DNA of 64,000 nt, taken from the NCBI GenBank assembly GCA_042408215.1, contig JAYFMW010000003.1, positions 256,001 through 320,000 on the forward strand, in the 5' to 3' direction. Shown here piece after piece: positions 23,353 through 32,947 of the stretch. Each line of letters starts with the position of its first letter. Position 1 is the first letter of the stretch. Under the pieces are notes generated by a model that saw nothing but the letters and a program-made list of their open reading frames with translations, was not told where the DNA came from and did no database searches. A program made the translations under genes and the position numbers. The stretch comes from Microcoleus sp. Its GTDB lineage: Bacteria > Cyanobacteriota > Cyanobacteriia > Cyanobacteriales > Microcoleaceae.

Positions 23353-24555
23353 ATGGTTCAAAAAATTGGCATTCAAGGATTGTATTATATTGTTCATTTT
23401 AACAATATCCTTTCTATTTTAGAAAAGGGTATTATGTGTCACGAGTCGATCGAAAGTGAGGGATTGAATAACACGCCTATATACAATAGTCAAATAGTTG
23501 ATAGTCGTTCTAGAAGAATAGTTTATGACAATAAATCTTTGTGGAGTTTTGCTAATCTTTACTTTCAACCACGCAATGCAATGCTTTACTCAGTTATCAA
23601 TAAAACAGCCGTTCATCAAGTGGCTATTATCTGCATCAAAAAGAAAATATTAGATAGAAAAAAGATTTTTATTACTACAGGTAATGCTGCCAGTTCCGAT
23701 TCCCAAATCATTCCCATTGAGGAAAGTGAAAAGTTTTTACCTCAAATCAGGAAGGAAATAGATAAAACATGGTGGAATAATGAAGATGGGTCAAAAAGAA
23801 AAATGATGGCTGAATGCTTGGTTCCAGAACGGATTGCGCCAAGTTATATTCAAATGATTTATGTTGCTTGCGATCGCGCCAGAGAAGATTTAGGAAAACT
23901 GCTGCTTGCTTGTGACAAGCCTAGTATTTCTGAGATCCCTATTACTGTTGAACCTGAAAGATTTTTTCAACCAGTCTGGAGTGCTAGGCTTACTTCCAAG
24001 GTTTCTCTGATTCGTGGAGATATGTTTTTTTCAAGAATGCAAACTCTTACTGTTAGCGTTAATTGTGTGGGTGTCATGGGCAAAGGATTGGCATCAACAG
24101 CAAAAGATCGTTTTCCTGATGTATATGTCAGGTATGAAAAAGTGTGCAAAGATAAGAGTTTGCAGATAGGAAAACCATACTTATACAAACGTGAGTCATC
24201 GGTCACAGAACAATTAGCAGATCATACATTATTGCCTTCAGACAATGTTAACGACAACTATCAAACATGGTTTTTCTTGTTTCCTACAAAGAATCACTGG
24301 AGAAATAATTCAACTATTCTTGATATTGAGAATGGCTTGCAGTGGCTTGCTGAAAACTACAAAAATGAAGGGATAAAGTCCTTAGCAATCCCGGCACTTG
24401 GATGCGGACTTGGTGGTTTAGATTGGCGAGACGTTGGTCCTCTGATGTGTAAGTATTTGACTTCTATGGATATTCCTGTAGCCATATATTTACCATCCGA
24501 AGGAAAAATTTCAGATGAGTTAGTGTCACGCGATTTTTTGCTGTCTCAAGTATAG
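23353..24555 (+). CDS. DarT-like ssDNA ADP-ribosyltransferase (DUF4433) fused to a DarG-like macrodomain
   Basis: N-half: LYYIVHFNNILSILEKGI, LYFQPRNAMLY, TTGNAAS, MMAECLVP. C-half: GDMF...SVNCVGVMGKGLA...FPTKNHWR...SLAIPALGCGLGGLDW. Confidence 0.88.
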   Translation: MVQKIGIQGLYYIVHFNNILSILEKGIMCHESIESEGLNNTPIYNSQIVDSRSRRIVYDNKSLWSFANLYFQPRNAMLYSVINKTAVHQVAIICIKKKILDRKKIFITTGNAASSDSQIIPIEESEKFLPQIRKEIDKTWWNNEDGSKRKMMAECLVPERIAPSYIQMIYVACDRAREDLGKLLLACDKPSISEIPITVEPERFFQPVWSARLTSKVSLIRGDMFFSRMQTLTVSVNCVGVMGKGLASTAKDRFPDVYVRYEKVCKDKSLQIGKPYLYKRESSVTEQLADHTLLPSDNVNDNYQTWFFLFPTKNHWRNNSTILDIENGLQWLAENYKNEGIKSLAIPALGCGLGGLDWRDVGPLMCKYLTSMDIPVAIYLPSEGKISDELVSRDFLLSQV

Positions 24556-24681
24556 TTTTGAATTTTCATTCTTCAGGCTTAGGAATATGAATATGTTCAT
24601 GCTTCCTTTCAGTGAATTTACATAAAAATTGCCGCCAACAACATCAGTCTATTGCTAGTGGCAAAAAACTGATTAACAGTC

Positions 24682-24951
24682 TTATTTCACAGGCTTAGTT
24701 GAATTAGCACAAAACTTTTCATCTACAATAGCTGAACTGATATTAACAGCCTGCATGGGCGATGAGGGAATAACTAAGTCTTGGGGAGCGACTACCATTT
24801 TTTTACACACAAGTTCGCTGCTGCCTACAGAGGCAAAGTTCCAAGCGTAAAATTGGGGATTGCTGACTGTCGCAGCGGCTGGGTGTATACCTAGTGCTGT
24901 CAGCAATACTAATTCTAATGTCACTAAAGCTACGATCGCGAATCTCAGCAT
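24682..24951 (-). CDS. Small hypothetical secreted protein
   Basis: Hydrophobic signal ending AAA; two Cys. Confidence 0.65.
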   Translation of the reverse strand: MLRFAIVALVTLELVLLTALGIHPAAATVSNPQFYAWNFASVGSSELVCKKMVVAPQDLVIPSSPMQAVNISSAIVDEKFCANSTKPVK

Positions 24952-25135
24952 ATTCTTTTTTGAACCTGAAAACTCACATGATTACTATTATCTATTATTA
25001 CCTGGGTTTTCCTCAACGTCAATAGCACAGTCTTGGACGCATGGGGGGCTAAAAACCCGGTTTCTGTGTCAATATTTATCGCAAAAGTGATGATTTTTGG
25101 AAGAAACCGGGTTTTTGGCGTCAGCCCTATAGCAG

Positions 25136-27052
25136 TTATTCCGCCACTAGATTCAACTCATAGGAAATAGGCTCAGATGCCTGAGAAACTACTACAAATT
25201 CATAATAACCGGAATCATCTAGCAATCCTGACCAACTAAGTCCTTCTGCATCTTGCAGCAAAGCTCGCGCGGCCTTTGTCCGCCCCGGAGTATAAATTGA
25301 GAGGAGAGTAGATTTACCGGGAGCTTGCAAATTTACCCGCAGAGTTTGATTTTGAGCGAGTCTGGCTATGTAAGCTTTCCCTTCTCCGGGTTTGAGATTG
25401 CCTTTGAGGGTTTTGCTAGAAGCTCGGTTTTCAAATTCAATGCTTTCGATAGTTGCTCCTGCTTGCAAGGCTTCTAGGGCGTCGGCTGTAATTGCTTGCC
25501 AAATTTGTCCGATCGCCAAACCAATGATATTACGATCGCGTGGCTGTGTTGGAAACAGATCAAAAAACTTAGCATCAGCCAAATCGTACAGCGCCCGACT
25601 GCTCAAATTTATCTTGTTAACCTCAGTTTTCCAGCGATTGATATCAGTGATGTCGTAACTTCCCAACTTCTTTCTAGCGTTACTGCTGATTTTTTCCAAT
25701 TTGTCAAGTAACTCGTCACCGATTTTTTGCCACCTTTCCCGCCATTCGCGATCGCTATCTCCTTCTTTTAACAGCCTTCCTCCCAATTCCGGGTATTTGG
25801 CATAGAAAGTCTCGTCTACAAGGCTGATGTAACCATTATAAAATCGATCGTCAATTCCTAGTCGTTGAAAGCGATCGCGCAAAGCATCTTCTTGCTGCTG
25901 TTTCGGGCCCGTAGACTGGGGAGTTTTCTGCACCTGAGACTGAAGATTTAACAAAAAATTACCCGCAAACCAGCCAACTCCCCCCATACTTGACAACACC
26001 GCCACCACCAGCAAAACCATTTTCCAAGCCGGCAACTTTTCCTGACTGCGAATATTAGCCATTGACACCGGAATTCCAGGCAGTTTCGGGGCGGGCACAG
26101 TCATCGGCTGCAACTCTGGCGGCGGCTGCGTGGCTGGAAATTCCGGTGTTGAAGCAGAAAAAGATGGCTGCGGGTGAGGCACTAAACGCGGATTGCCAGA
26201 GAGAGCGAGCAAAACCTCGCGGGCTGAGGAAAAGCGATCGCTCGGCCCGTGAGCGAGCATTTTATCCAACACCAGGGCCAAATTTGGAGACACTGAACAT
26301 TGCGATCGCCAATTCCAATTCAGGGTATGGCTGTCGATCAACTGATGGGGTTCCTTCCCCGTCAGCAGCACTAAAACCGTTGCCGCCAGAGCGTACAAAT
26401 CGCTGTGGGGATACACAATCCCCATCTGCATCTGTTCGGCGGGGGCGTAGCCGAGTTTACCGATGCGAGTCGCGGGGGCGGGAGTGCTGTTAGTCTCAAC
26501 GAAAAGAGACTCTACGGTGGCGGCAACTTGTTTTACCCCGCCGAAGTCGATTAGTACCGGCATCCCGTCTGACGATCGCAGAATCAGGTTATCTGGGGAG
26601 ATGTCGCGGTGAATCACTCCCAAAGAGTGTGTGTATTCCAGCACTGGTAAAAGCTGGATCAGCAGTTGATTGATTTCTGCTTCTATGAAGTGCAAACCCT
26701 GACGCTTGCGGGCGTCCAGCAGAAAGCGGTATGTTTGGCCCGGTATGTAGTCTTGGACGAGAAATAGGTAGCCTCGATCGTTAATATTCACCCGAAACAG
26801 TTCGCGGAAGTTCGGGATTTGGTTGTGTTTCAGCTTGTAGAGCACTCCCGCTTCTCGCTCGAACAAGTCCTCGGATTTTTGCAATGCGTAACTCCCCTGT
26901 ACTTGGGGCGCAAATTCTTTTAAAACGCAGGGTTCGTTAAATCGGTGAGCATCTTCAGCGAGGTAGGTGCGCCCGAAGCCGCCTTGTCCCAATTCGCGGA
27001 CAATACGGTAGTGGTTGCTGAGAGTAATGCCGGGGTAGATAGGATTGGTCAT
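25136..27052 (-). CDS. Transmembrane Ser/Thr protein kinase (Pkn2 type)
   Basis: LGQGGFGRTY, VLKE, HRDISPDN, IDFG, YAPAEQ; Pro-rich linker, TM, extracellular beta-sandwich-like tail. Confidence 0.93.
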   Translation of the reverse strand: MTNPIYPGITLSNHYRIVRELGQGGFGRTYLAEDAHRFNEPCVLKEFAPQVQGSYALQKSEDLFEREAGVLYKLKHNQIPNFRELFRVNINDRGYLFLVQDYIPGQTYRFLLDARKRQGLHFIEAEINQLLIQLLPVLEYTHSLGVIHRDISPDNLILRSSDGMPVLIDFGGVKQVAATVESLFVETNSTPAPATRIGKLGYAPAEQMQMGIVYPHSDLYALAATVLVLLTGKEPHQLIDSHTLNWNWRSQCSVSPNLALVLDKMLAHGPSDRFSSAREVLLALSGNPRLVPHPQPSFSASTPEFPATQPPPELQPMTVPAPKLPGIPVSMANIRSQEKLPAWKMVLLVVAVLSSMGGVGWFAGNFLLNLQSQVQKTPQSTGPKQQQEDALRDRFQRLGIDDRFYNGYISLVDETFYAKYPELGGRLLKEGDSDREWRERWQKIGDELLDKLEKISSNARKKLGSYDITDINRWKTEVNKINLSSRALYDLADAKFFDLFPTQPRDRNIIGLAIGQIWQAITADALEALQAGATIESIEFENRASSKTLKGNLKPGEGKAYIARLAQNQTLRVNLQAPGKSTLLSIYTPGRTKAARALLQDAEGLSWSGLLDDSGYYEFVVVSQASEPISYELNLVAE

Positions 27053-27181
27053 CTCGATCGGTAGATTTTTGGTAAACTGTCACGACTCCTGTTTGCTCGG
27101 ACTATATCAAAAATACTATCCTTAATTGGTATTGAAATGCGATCGATCCCGGTGCAAAAGGTGTATTTTCAGGAGCAAATT

Positions 27182-28720
27182 ATGCAGGAAGAACAGCGTC
27201 AGCGAGCATTTACAGCATTTCAAGAGTTTTTGAACACAGCCCTTGAGGAACGATTGCAACAGCAGCAGGAGCCATCTCCCGAAACAGTTGCGATAGCACT
27301 TTTTCAAAACGTCGCTGCAACGGTTCCCGCTTACCAGACTTTTCTATCTGAACATAACATTAATCCTGCTGGGATTCAAACCTTTGAAGACTTCCAAAAA
27401 TTGCCGCTAATTACCAAAGACAATTATTTGCGCTGTTACCGACTAGCTGAATTGTGTCGCGGTGGTAAATTAGCAACTTGCGATTTCATGGCCGCTTCCT
27501 CTGGTTCCACAGGAAAACCCACATTTTGGCCGCGTTTCCTCAGCGATGAGTTGCAAATTGCTACTCGCTTTGAACAAATATTTTACGACAGTTTTTACGC
27601 CGATACTCGCTCAACTTTAGCTGTGATTTGCTTTGCGTTGGGGACTTGGGTTGGGGGAATGTACACGGCTAATTGTTGTCGCCATTTAGCGAGTAAAGGT
27701 TATCCCGTGACGGTGGTGACACCGGGAAATAATAAAACAGAAATATTTCGAGTTGTGCAGGAACTTGGAGCAGATTTTGAGCAAGTGGTATTGTTAGGAT
27801 ATCCACCGTTTGTTAAGGATGTTATTGATAGCGGCATTGCTGCGGGTGTGGAGTGGGAAAAATATCGCATTAAGATGGTGTTTGCGGGGGAAGTGTTTAG
27901 CGAAGAATGGCGGAGTTTGGTTAGCGATCGCACTAATTCTGACAATCTATATTACAACTCTGCCAGCCTTTACGGTACGGCCGATGCAGGGGTTTTAGGC
28001 AACGAGACACCCCTGAGTATTTGCATCCGCCGCTTTTTAGCAAATAATCCTGAAGCTGCACGCAATTTATTCGGAGAATCGCGGTTGCCAAGCCTGATGC
28101 AGTACGATCCAAACAGTCGCTTTTTTGAAGTGAATGATGACGGCACATTGCTATTTTCTGGGGACAATGGCATCCCATTAATACGTTATCACATTTCCGA
28201 CAATGGTGGCTTAATTTCTTATGAAGCAATGCTCGATTTTTTAGCAGCATGGGGATTTAACCCTGGGGAAGATTTGCAACAAGCAGCAGCTTTAAATTTA
28301 TTGCCAAATTCAGATTTTCCTAGAGGAATTCGGCGACTACCATTTGTCTATGTATTCGGGCGATCGCACTTTACGGTTTCCTACTTCGGTGCTAACATTT
28401 ACCCAGAAAATGTCACCGTGGGTTTAGAGGTTCCCAAGATTCGGGAATGGGTGACGGGAAAGTTTGTCCTGCAAGTTAGGGAGGATTCGGATCGAAATCG
28501 GTTTTTATCTGTGGTTGTGGAATTAGCACCGGGGGTGGAGGGCGATGAGGAGAAGAAAAGGGCGATCGCATCTTCTATTCTCTCGCAATTGCGGCGGCTA
28601 AACAGCGAATTTGCCAACTATGTACCGCCAGAATATCAGTTACCTATTGTGACGCTAACTGCGACGGGGGATGCGGAGTATTTTCCTGTGGGTGTGAAGC
28701 ATCGATATACGCGGCAGTAA
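27182..28720 (+). CDS. Phenylacetate-CoA ligase family (ANL) protein
   Basis: SSGSTGKP, YGTADAG, PLIRYHISD, FGRS; start may be 27137. Confidence 0.85.
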   Translation: MQEEQRQRAFTAFQEFLNTALEERLQQQQEPSPETVAIALFQNVAATVPAYQTFLSEHNINPAGIQTFEDFQKLPLITKDNYLRCYRLAELCRGGKLATCDFMAASSGSTGKPTFWPRFLSDELQIATRFEQIFYDSFYADTRSTLAVICFALGTWVGGMYTANCCRHLASKGYPVTVVTPGNNKTEIFRVVQELGADFEQVVLLGYPPFVKDVIDSGIAAGVEWEKYRIKMVFAGEVFSEEWRSLVSDRTNSDNLYYNSASLYGTADAGVLGNETPLSICIRRFLANNPEAARNLFGESRLPSLMQYDPNSRFFEVNDDGTLLFSGDNGIPLIRYHISDNGGLISYEAMLDFLAAWGFNPGEDLQQAAALNLLPNSDFPRGIRRLPFVYVFGRSHFTVSYFGANIYPENVTVGLEVPKIREWVTGKFVLQVREDSDRNRFLSVVVELAPGVEGDEEKKRAIASSILSQLRRLNSEFANYVPPEYQLPIVTLTATGDAEYFPVGVKHRYTRQ

Positions 28721-28746
28721 ACCGTAGTTTTTGGAGGAGGCGATCG

Positions 28747-29553
28747 CTAAATTGTATCAGGATCGATGTTTAATTCTCGCAATTTAGCGGCCAGGCGATC
28801 GGCTCGTTGTTGAGCCAATTCTTTCTGCTGACGTTCTGAATCAGCTCGTTGTTGAGCCAATTCTTTCTGCTGACGTTCTGAATCAGCTCGTTGCATTTCC
28901 CTTTCCGTTCGTTGTTGAGCAAATTCTTTTTGCTGACGTTCTGAATCAGCCACCTCTTCAGGAGTAGGAACTAGCTCTCCATAATCGGTAAAAAATCGCA
29001 GTTTATTCTGATGAATTCCCAAATACAACTCCAGCTCGTCACTCCACAAATATCCTTGAGAATTCGGTGCTAGTGCTTGGTATTTACCATTCACCAAATG
29101 AAATCCCGCAAACTCTAACGTATAGGGATCGAACCAAAAATAGTCTGGGGTACGAAATGTGTCTTGATAGAGTTTTTTCTTAAATTCGCGATCGGTATTA
29201 GCTGTTGTCGGTGACAGCATTTCTACAATCACATTAGGGTATTTTCCATCTTCTTCCCAGACTACCCAGCTTTTCCGAGGTTTGCGTTCGGTTCCCAGTA
29301 CCACAAAAAAGTCTGGGCCTCGAAAGTCTTGCGATTTACGTTGATTCTGACTGTAATAAATCGTGAGATTGCCGGCAACATAAAAGTCGTTTCTATCTCG
29401 CCACAGCCAATCTAGACATTGGAGGAGTAAAATTATTTGTCGCAGATGCAGTTCAGTTTCCAAGGGAGGTTCGTCACTGTATAAATCGCCTTTCGGAAAG
29501 ATAACACGTTCTGGGATGTCTTGGGAAGTCGCTAATTCTGGGATGACGGACAT
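28747..29553 (-). CDS. Uma2 family endonuclease-fold protein, copy 1
   Basis: SDEPPLETELH, RGPDFFVV, YPNVIVEMLS, C-terminal 14-aa coiled repeats. Confidence 0.93.
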   Translation of the reverse strand: MSVIPELATSQDIPERVIFPKGDLYSDEPPLETELHLRQIILLLQCLDWLWRDRNDFYVAGNLTIYYSQNQRKSQDFRGPDFFVVLGTERKPRKSWVVWEEDGKYPNVIVEMLSPTTANTDREFKKKLYQDTFRTPDYFWFDPYTLEFAGFHLVNGKYQALAPNSQGYLWSDELELYLGIHQNKLRFFTDYGELVPTPEEVADSERQQKEFAQQRTEREMQRADSERQQKELAQQRADSERQQKELAQQRADRLAAKLRELNIDPDTI

Positions 29554-29649
29554 GGCGGCTTAGTTTGGTGTCAGAGGTTGTGCTTCTATTTTAGCTTTTA
29601 ATTTTGAAACCAGGTCAAATCAAGGTAGTTTGGAGCAAAAGGGCGATCG

Positions 29650-30456
29650 CTAAATTGTATCAGGATCGATGTTTAATTCTCGCAATTTAGCGGCCAGGCG
29701 ATCGGCTCGTTGTTGAGCCAATTCTTTCTGCTGACGTTCTGAATCAGCTCGTTGTTGAGCTAATTCTTTTTGCTGACGTTCTGAATCAGCTCGTTGCATT
29801 TCCCTTTCCGCTCGTTGTTGAGCAAATTCTTTTTGCTGACGTTCTGAATCAGCCACCTCTTCAGGAGTAGGAACTAGCTCTCCATAATCGGTAAAAAATC
29901 GCAGTTTATTCTGATGAATTCCCAAATACAACTCCAGCTCGTCACTCCACAAATATCCTTGAGAATTCGGTGCTAGTGCTTGGTATTTACCATTCACCAA
30001 ATGAAATCCCGCAAACTCTAACGTATAGGGATCGAACCAAAAATAGTCTGGGGTACGAAATGTGTCTTGATAGAGTTTTTTCTTAAATTCGCGATCGGTA
30101 TTAGCCGTTGTCGGTGACAGCATTTCTACAATCACATTAGGGTATTTTCCATCTTCTTCCCAGACTACCCAGCTTTTCCGAGGTTTGCGTTCGGTTCCCA
30201 GTACCACAAAAAAGTCTGGGCCTCGAAAGTCTTGCGATTTACGTTGATTCTGACTGTAATAAATCGTGAGATTGCCGGCAACATAAAAGTCGTTTCTATC
30301 TCGCCACAGCCAATCTAGACATTGGAGGAGTAAAATTATTTGTCGCAGATGCAGTTCAGTTTCCAAGGGAGGTTCGTCACTGTATAAATCGCCTTTCGGA
30401 AAGATAACACGTTCTGGGATGTCTTGGGAAGTCGCTAATTCTGGGATGACGGACAT
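29650..30456 (-). CDS. Uma2 family endonuclease-fold protein, copy 2
   Basis: Identical to copy 1 except one residue (T/A). Confidence 0.93.
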   Translation of the reverse strand: MSVIPELATSQDIPERVIFPKGDLYSDEPPLETELHLRQIILLLQCLDWLWRDRNDFYVAGNLTIYYSQNQRKSQDFRGPDFFVVLGTERKPRKSWVVWEEDGKYPNVIVEMLSPTTANTDREFKKKLYQDTFRTPDYFWFDPYTLEFAGFHLVNGKYQALAPNSQGYLWSDELELYLGIHQNKLRFFTDYGELVPTPEEVADSERQQKEFAQQRAEREMQRADSERQQKELAQQRADSERQQKELAQQRADRLAAKLRELNIDPDTI

Positions 30457-30568
30457 GGCGGCTTAGTTTGGTGTCAGAGGTTGTGCTTCTATTTTAGCAA
30501 TGTTTTAATATCGGTGTTAGATACCCGACTTCGCAGAAGTTGTCGGGTATCTGGGTATTTTGCTAACT

Positions 30569-31657
30569 TTATTTACCGTCAGTTGATTTGAGAGCAGCCA
30601 GAATTTCCGGTCGTTTCATCCGTGCGTAGCCGCGCAATTTCCGCTCTTTCCCGATCGCCTTCAAGCGTCTCAGCGACAGACTGTCGTAGTCTTCCAGCGG
30701 GGATTCAAACTGGAACTCCAACTGCAACTGCGGTAGCTGAGGTTTCGCCTGCGCCTTCGACTGCTTCTTAGGCTGGGTTTTTGACAGGGTTTTCGCCTTG
30801 ATCTCTGGCTGTATTCCTGAGTTATTGGCCACGGCTCCTAGTTGGCTGCGGACTGTTGCAATTTGATTTTTCAGGTCGAATTCTACGTCTTTGATTGTGT
30901 CCGCAACGAACTGATTAATTATTGCGACTGTGCGTTCTAATTTGATTGACAGCAATTTCTCCAATTCATCCAACTGTGTTAACGCACCTTCAAGATTCAT
31001 CTCATAAATAACCGCAGAGCTCGGAGGGATATCGCTGCCAGATTGCTCAATTTTTTTAGCCAATTTATCTACCTTTTCGTTAAATGTTTGTTCAACTTTT
31101 TCTATCGAACCCTTAATCTGTTCTATTTTGTCACCCTCGAACTTCTGCTCAGTTAGAGATTTTACTTGTTTTTTGAGCAGGTCTTCATTTTTTTTAACAG
31201 ATTGTTCTATTTGTTTTGTTAGACTCTCTATCTTTTTTTGAAATGAGCGCTCAAATTGTTGCAGTAGAGTCTCAATTTGTGCATTTTTTTGAGTCGGTTG
31301 CGGAGCTAAAAGTTCCATTTCTGCTTGAGCAGCAACTACTTCCTCGTCGCTCATTTCAAAAACCCAAGCCCACATTTGTTCAAGGCCGAGTTCTTTAGCA
31401 ACGATACACCAATCAGCGCCGCAGACAACTTCGTATTCTTCTTCGTTGCTGTAAGCTTCAGTCCGGCGTACAATTAAAGGAATCAAGTTGCTCCCTTGTT
31501 CGATTAGACTTCTCCTGAGAGCTTCGCGGCGATCGCGAGGAATTTCCCCCCGCTGAGGATATGGTATCGCAATTTGGGAAGTGTAAATTTGACTGTGACT
31601 AATTGGCTTAATCCGCAAATATTCAATTATTCGGTTTTGATCTTGCGATCGATCCAT
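30569..31657 (-). CDS. Divergent ParB/Srx-like N-terminal domain, coiled coil, and C-terminal Rho_N-like (HEH) domain
   Basis: LRRSLIEQGSNLIPLIVRR...YEVVCG...AKELGLEQMWAWV; C-terminus YDSLSLRRLKAIGKERKLRGYARMKRPEILAAL. Confidence 0.75.
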   Translation of the reverse strand: MDRSQDQNRIIEYLRIKPISHSQIYTSQIAIPYPQRGEIPRDRREALRRSLIEQGSNLIPLIVRRTEAYSNEEEYEVVCGADWCIVAKELGLEQMWAWVFEMSDEEVVAAQAEMELLAPQPTQKNAQIETLLQQFERSFQKKIESLTKQIEQSVKKNEDLLKKQVKSLTEQKFEGDKIEQIKGSIEKVEQTFNEKVDKLAKKIEQSGSDIPPSSAVIYEMNLEGALTQLDELEKLLSIKLERTVAIINQFVADTIKDVEFDLKNQIATVRSQLGAVANNSGIQPEIKAKTLSKTQPKKQSKAQAKPQLPQLQLEFQFESPLEDYDSLSLRRLKAIGKERKLRGYARMKRPEILAALKSTDGK

Positions 31658-31909
31658 CTTCTTACAAGTCCCCTTTTGTCATTGAAATCAGGTGTTTTAG
31701 GTATTTATGTATATCTACGCGGTTTTTGTGGGGCGACATCCCTGGCGATCGACAAAGTTACTGCAATTCCTAAAACAAGCGACTGCGATCAGTTTAACTG
31801 GCTGGGGGACACCAATGATACATCGCTTAACTCATCTTTACTTTTTTTAGCGTAGAGACTCACTCGGCTAACGTTCCCAGTGGGCACAGGGCCTGTTTTA
31901 TTGACCCGG

Positions 31910-31991
31910 AGATCCCCCCTAGCCCCCCTTAACAAGGGGGGGACAAGAGCATTCAAAGTCCCCCTTATTAAGGCGGGATTTAGGGGGATCT
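31910..31991. repeat. CCCCCTAGCCCCCCTT...GGGATTTAGGGGGATC palindromic repeat
   Basis: Same core as at 6240-6325, 12582-12663, 37678-37725 (partial), 53445-53560. Confidence 0.85.
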
Positions 31992-32038
31992 GAACCTGAT
32001 TGAAGAGAGCCAGAAAAAACACGCCACAGGACTTAATT

Positions 32039-32947
32039 TTATGAGTATTTGTGCCACTTGTCAATGATTTTAATCATGGTTTTGTCGGTTAACCCTTTAA
32101 CACGTTCCACCACATTTGCAAAGGACACAAATGGCCGCACATCTCGCTCTTTGAGGATTATTTGGATTACTGGAAGCTTCAATCCCGCATCTTTCAAAGT
32201 CGTCGATAATTGAATTTTATCGAGAGTATTGAGTGCTGACAACAGTGACATTGATTCCGAAGTTACTTTTTCAACCACCTGTTTTTCGGGTGGTTGCTCT
32301 GGTTTCAATTCATTAATTCTGTTGGCTAGCCCAGCTTCAATTAACTGATTTACTTCTTGTAAAATTCTGTTTTCAAATTCTTGTATACTCTGTGCTAACA
32401 CCTGTTTTTCACGGGCGTACTCAGCTTTCAATTCATTAATTTGACTCGCAAACTGGGCTTCAATATTTGTCAGCCGCTGTTCTAAATTGGATGATGGTTG
32501 GGGAGTTTCGTTGTCATAAGATTTAGGGACTTCGACCAAAGAAACCGGGTTTTTGATTGAATCTGCGGGCTGCGATAAAGTATTTTCGTAGAAAAACCCG
32601 GTTTCTGGGTTTTCAACTAAATTGTCATTTTTGGCAGGTTTTCTCAGGGCTTGAACTTGCTCTAGCAGAAGTTCTTCATTTTCCGGCTCAAGAATAAATG
32701 CTCCGATTGTCTCGCCTTTCTTAGGGTTGATTTCCCTGGCTTTCGCCGCCGCATAGTATTCAAAGTCTCCGTCTACTATCTCGTAGGCGTCCATCCCGTT
32801 GCGACGGAGAACTATGGGGTTGATCAATCCTCCTAATTCTAAAATTAGTTGTGCGACTTTCTCCAAATCGCGATCGGCAAAATTGTCACGGGGAACTTTA
32901 GATGTAATCTTTTTTACAGCTACCAACGACGGGGATAATTTTTGCAT
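32039..32947 (-). CDS. Divergent ParB-like N-terminal domain, coiled coil, and C-terminal HhH-like domain
   Basis: LILELGGLINPIVLRR...YEIVDGDFEYYAA; C-terminus RPFVSFANVVERVKGLTDKT; start overlaps the parA stop. Confidence 0.75.
   Translation of the reverse strand: MQKLSPSLVAVKKITSKVPRDNFADRDLEKVAQLILELGGLINPIVLRRNGMDAYEIVDGDFEYYAAAKAREINPKKGETIGAFILEPENEELLLEQVQALRKPAKNDNLVENPETGFFYENTLSQPADSIKNPVSLVEVPKSYDNETPQPSSNLEQRLTNIEAQFASQINELKAEYAREKQVLAQSIQEFENRILQEVNQLIEAGLANRINELKPEQPPEKQVVEKVTSESMSLLSALNTLDKIQLSTTLKDAGLKLPVIQIILKERDVRPFVSFANVVERVKGLTDKTMIKIIDKWHKYS

Noticed and set aside
31789..32064. 91-aa ORF inside the ParA/ParB cluster
   Set aside because: Much of it is translated palindromic repeat (PPLLRGARGD); unlikely to be a gene
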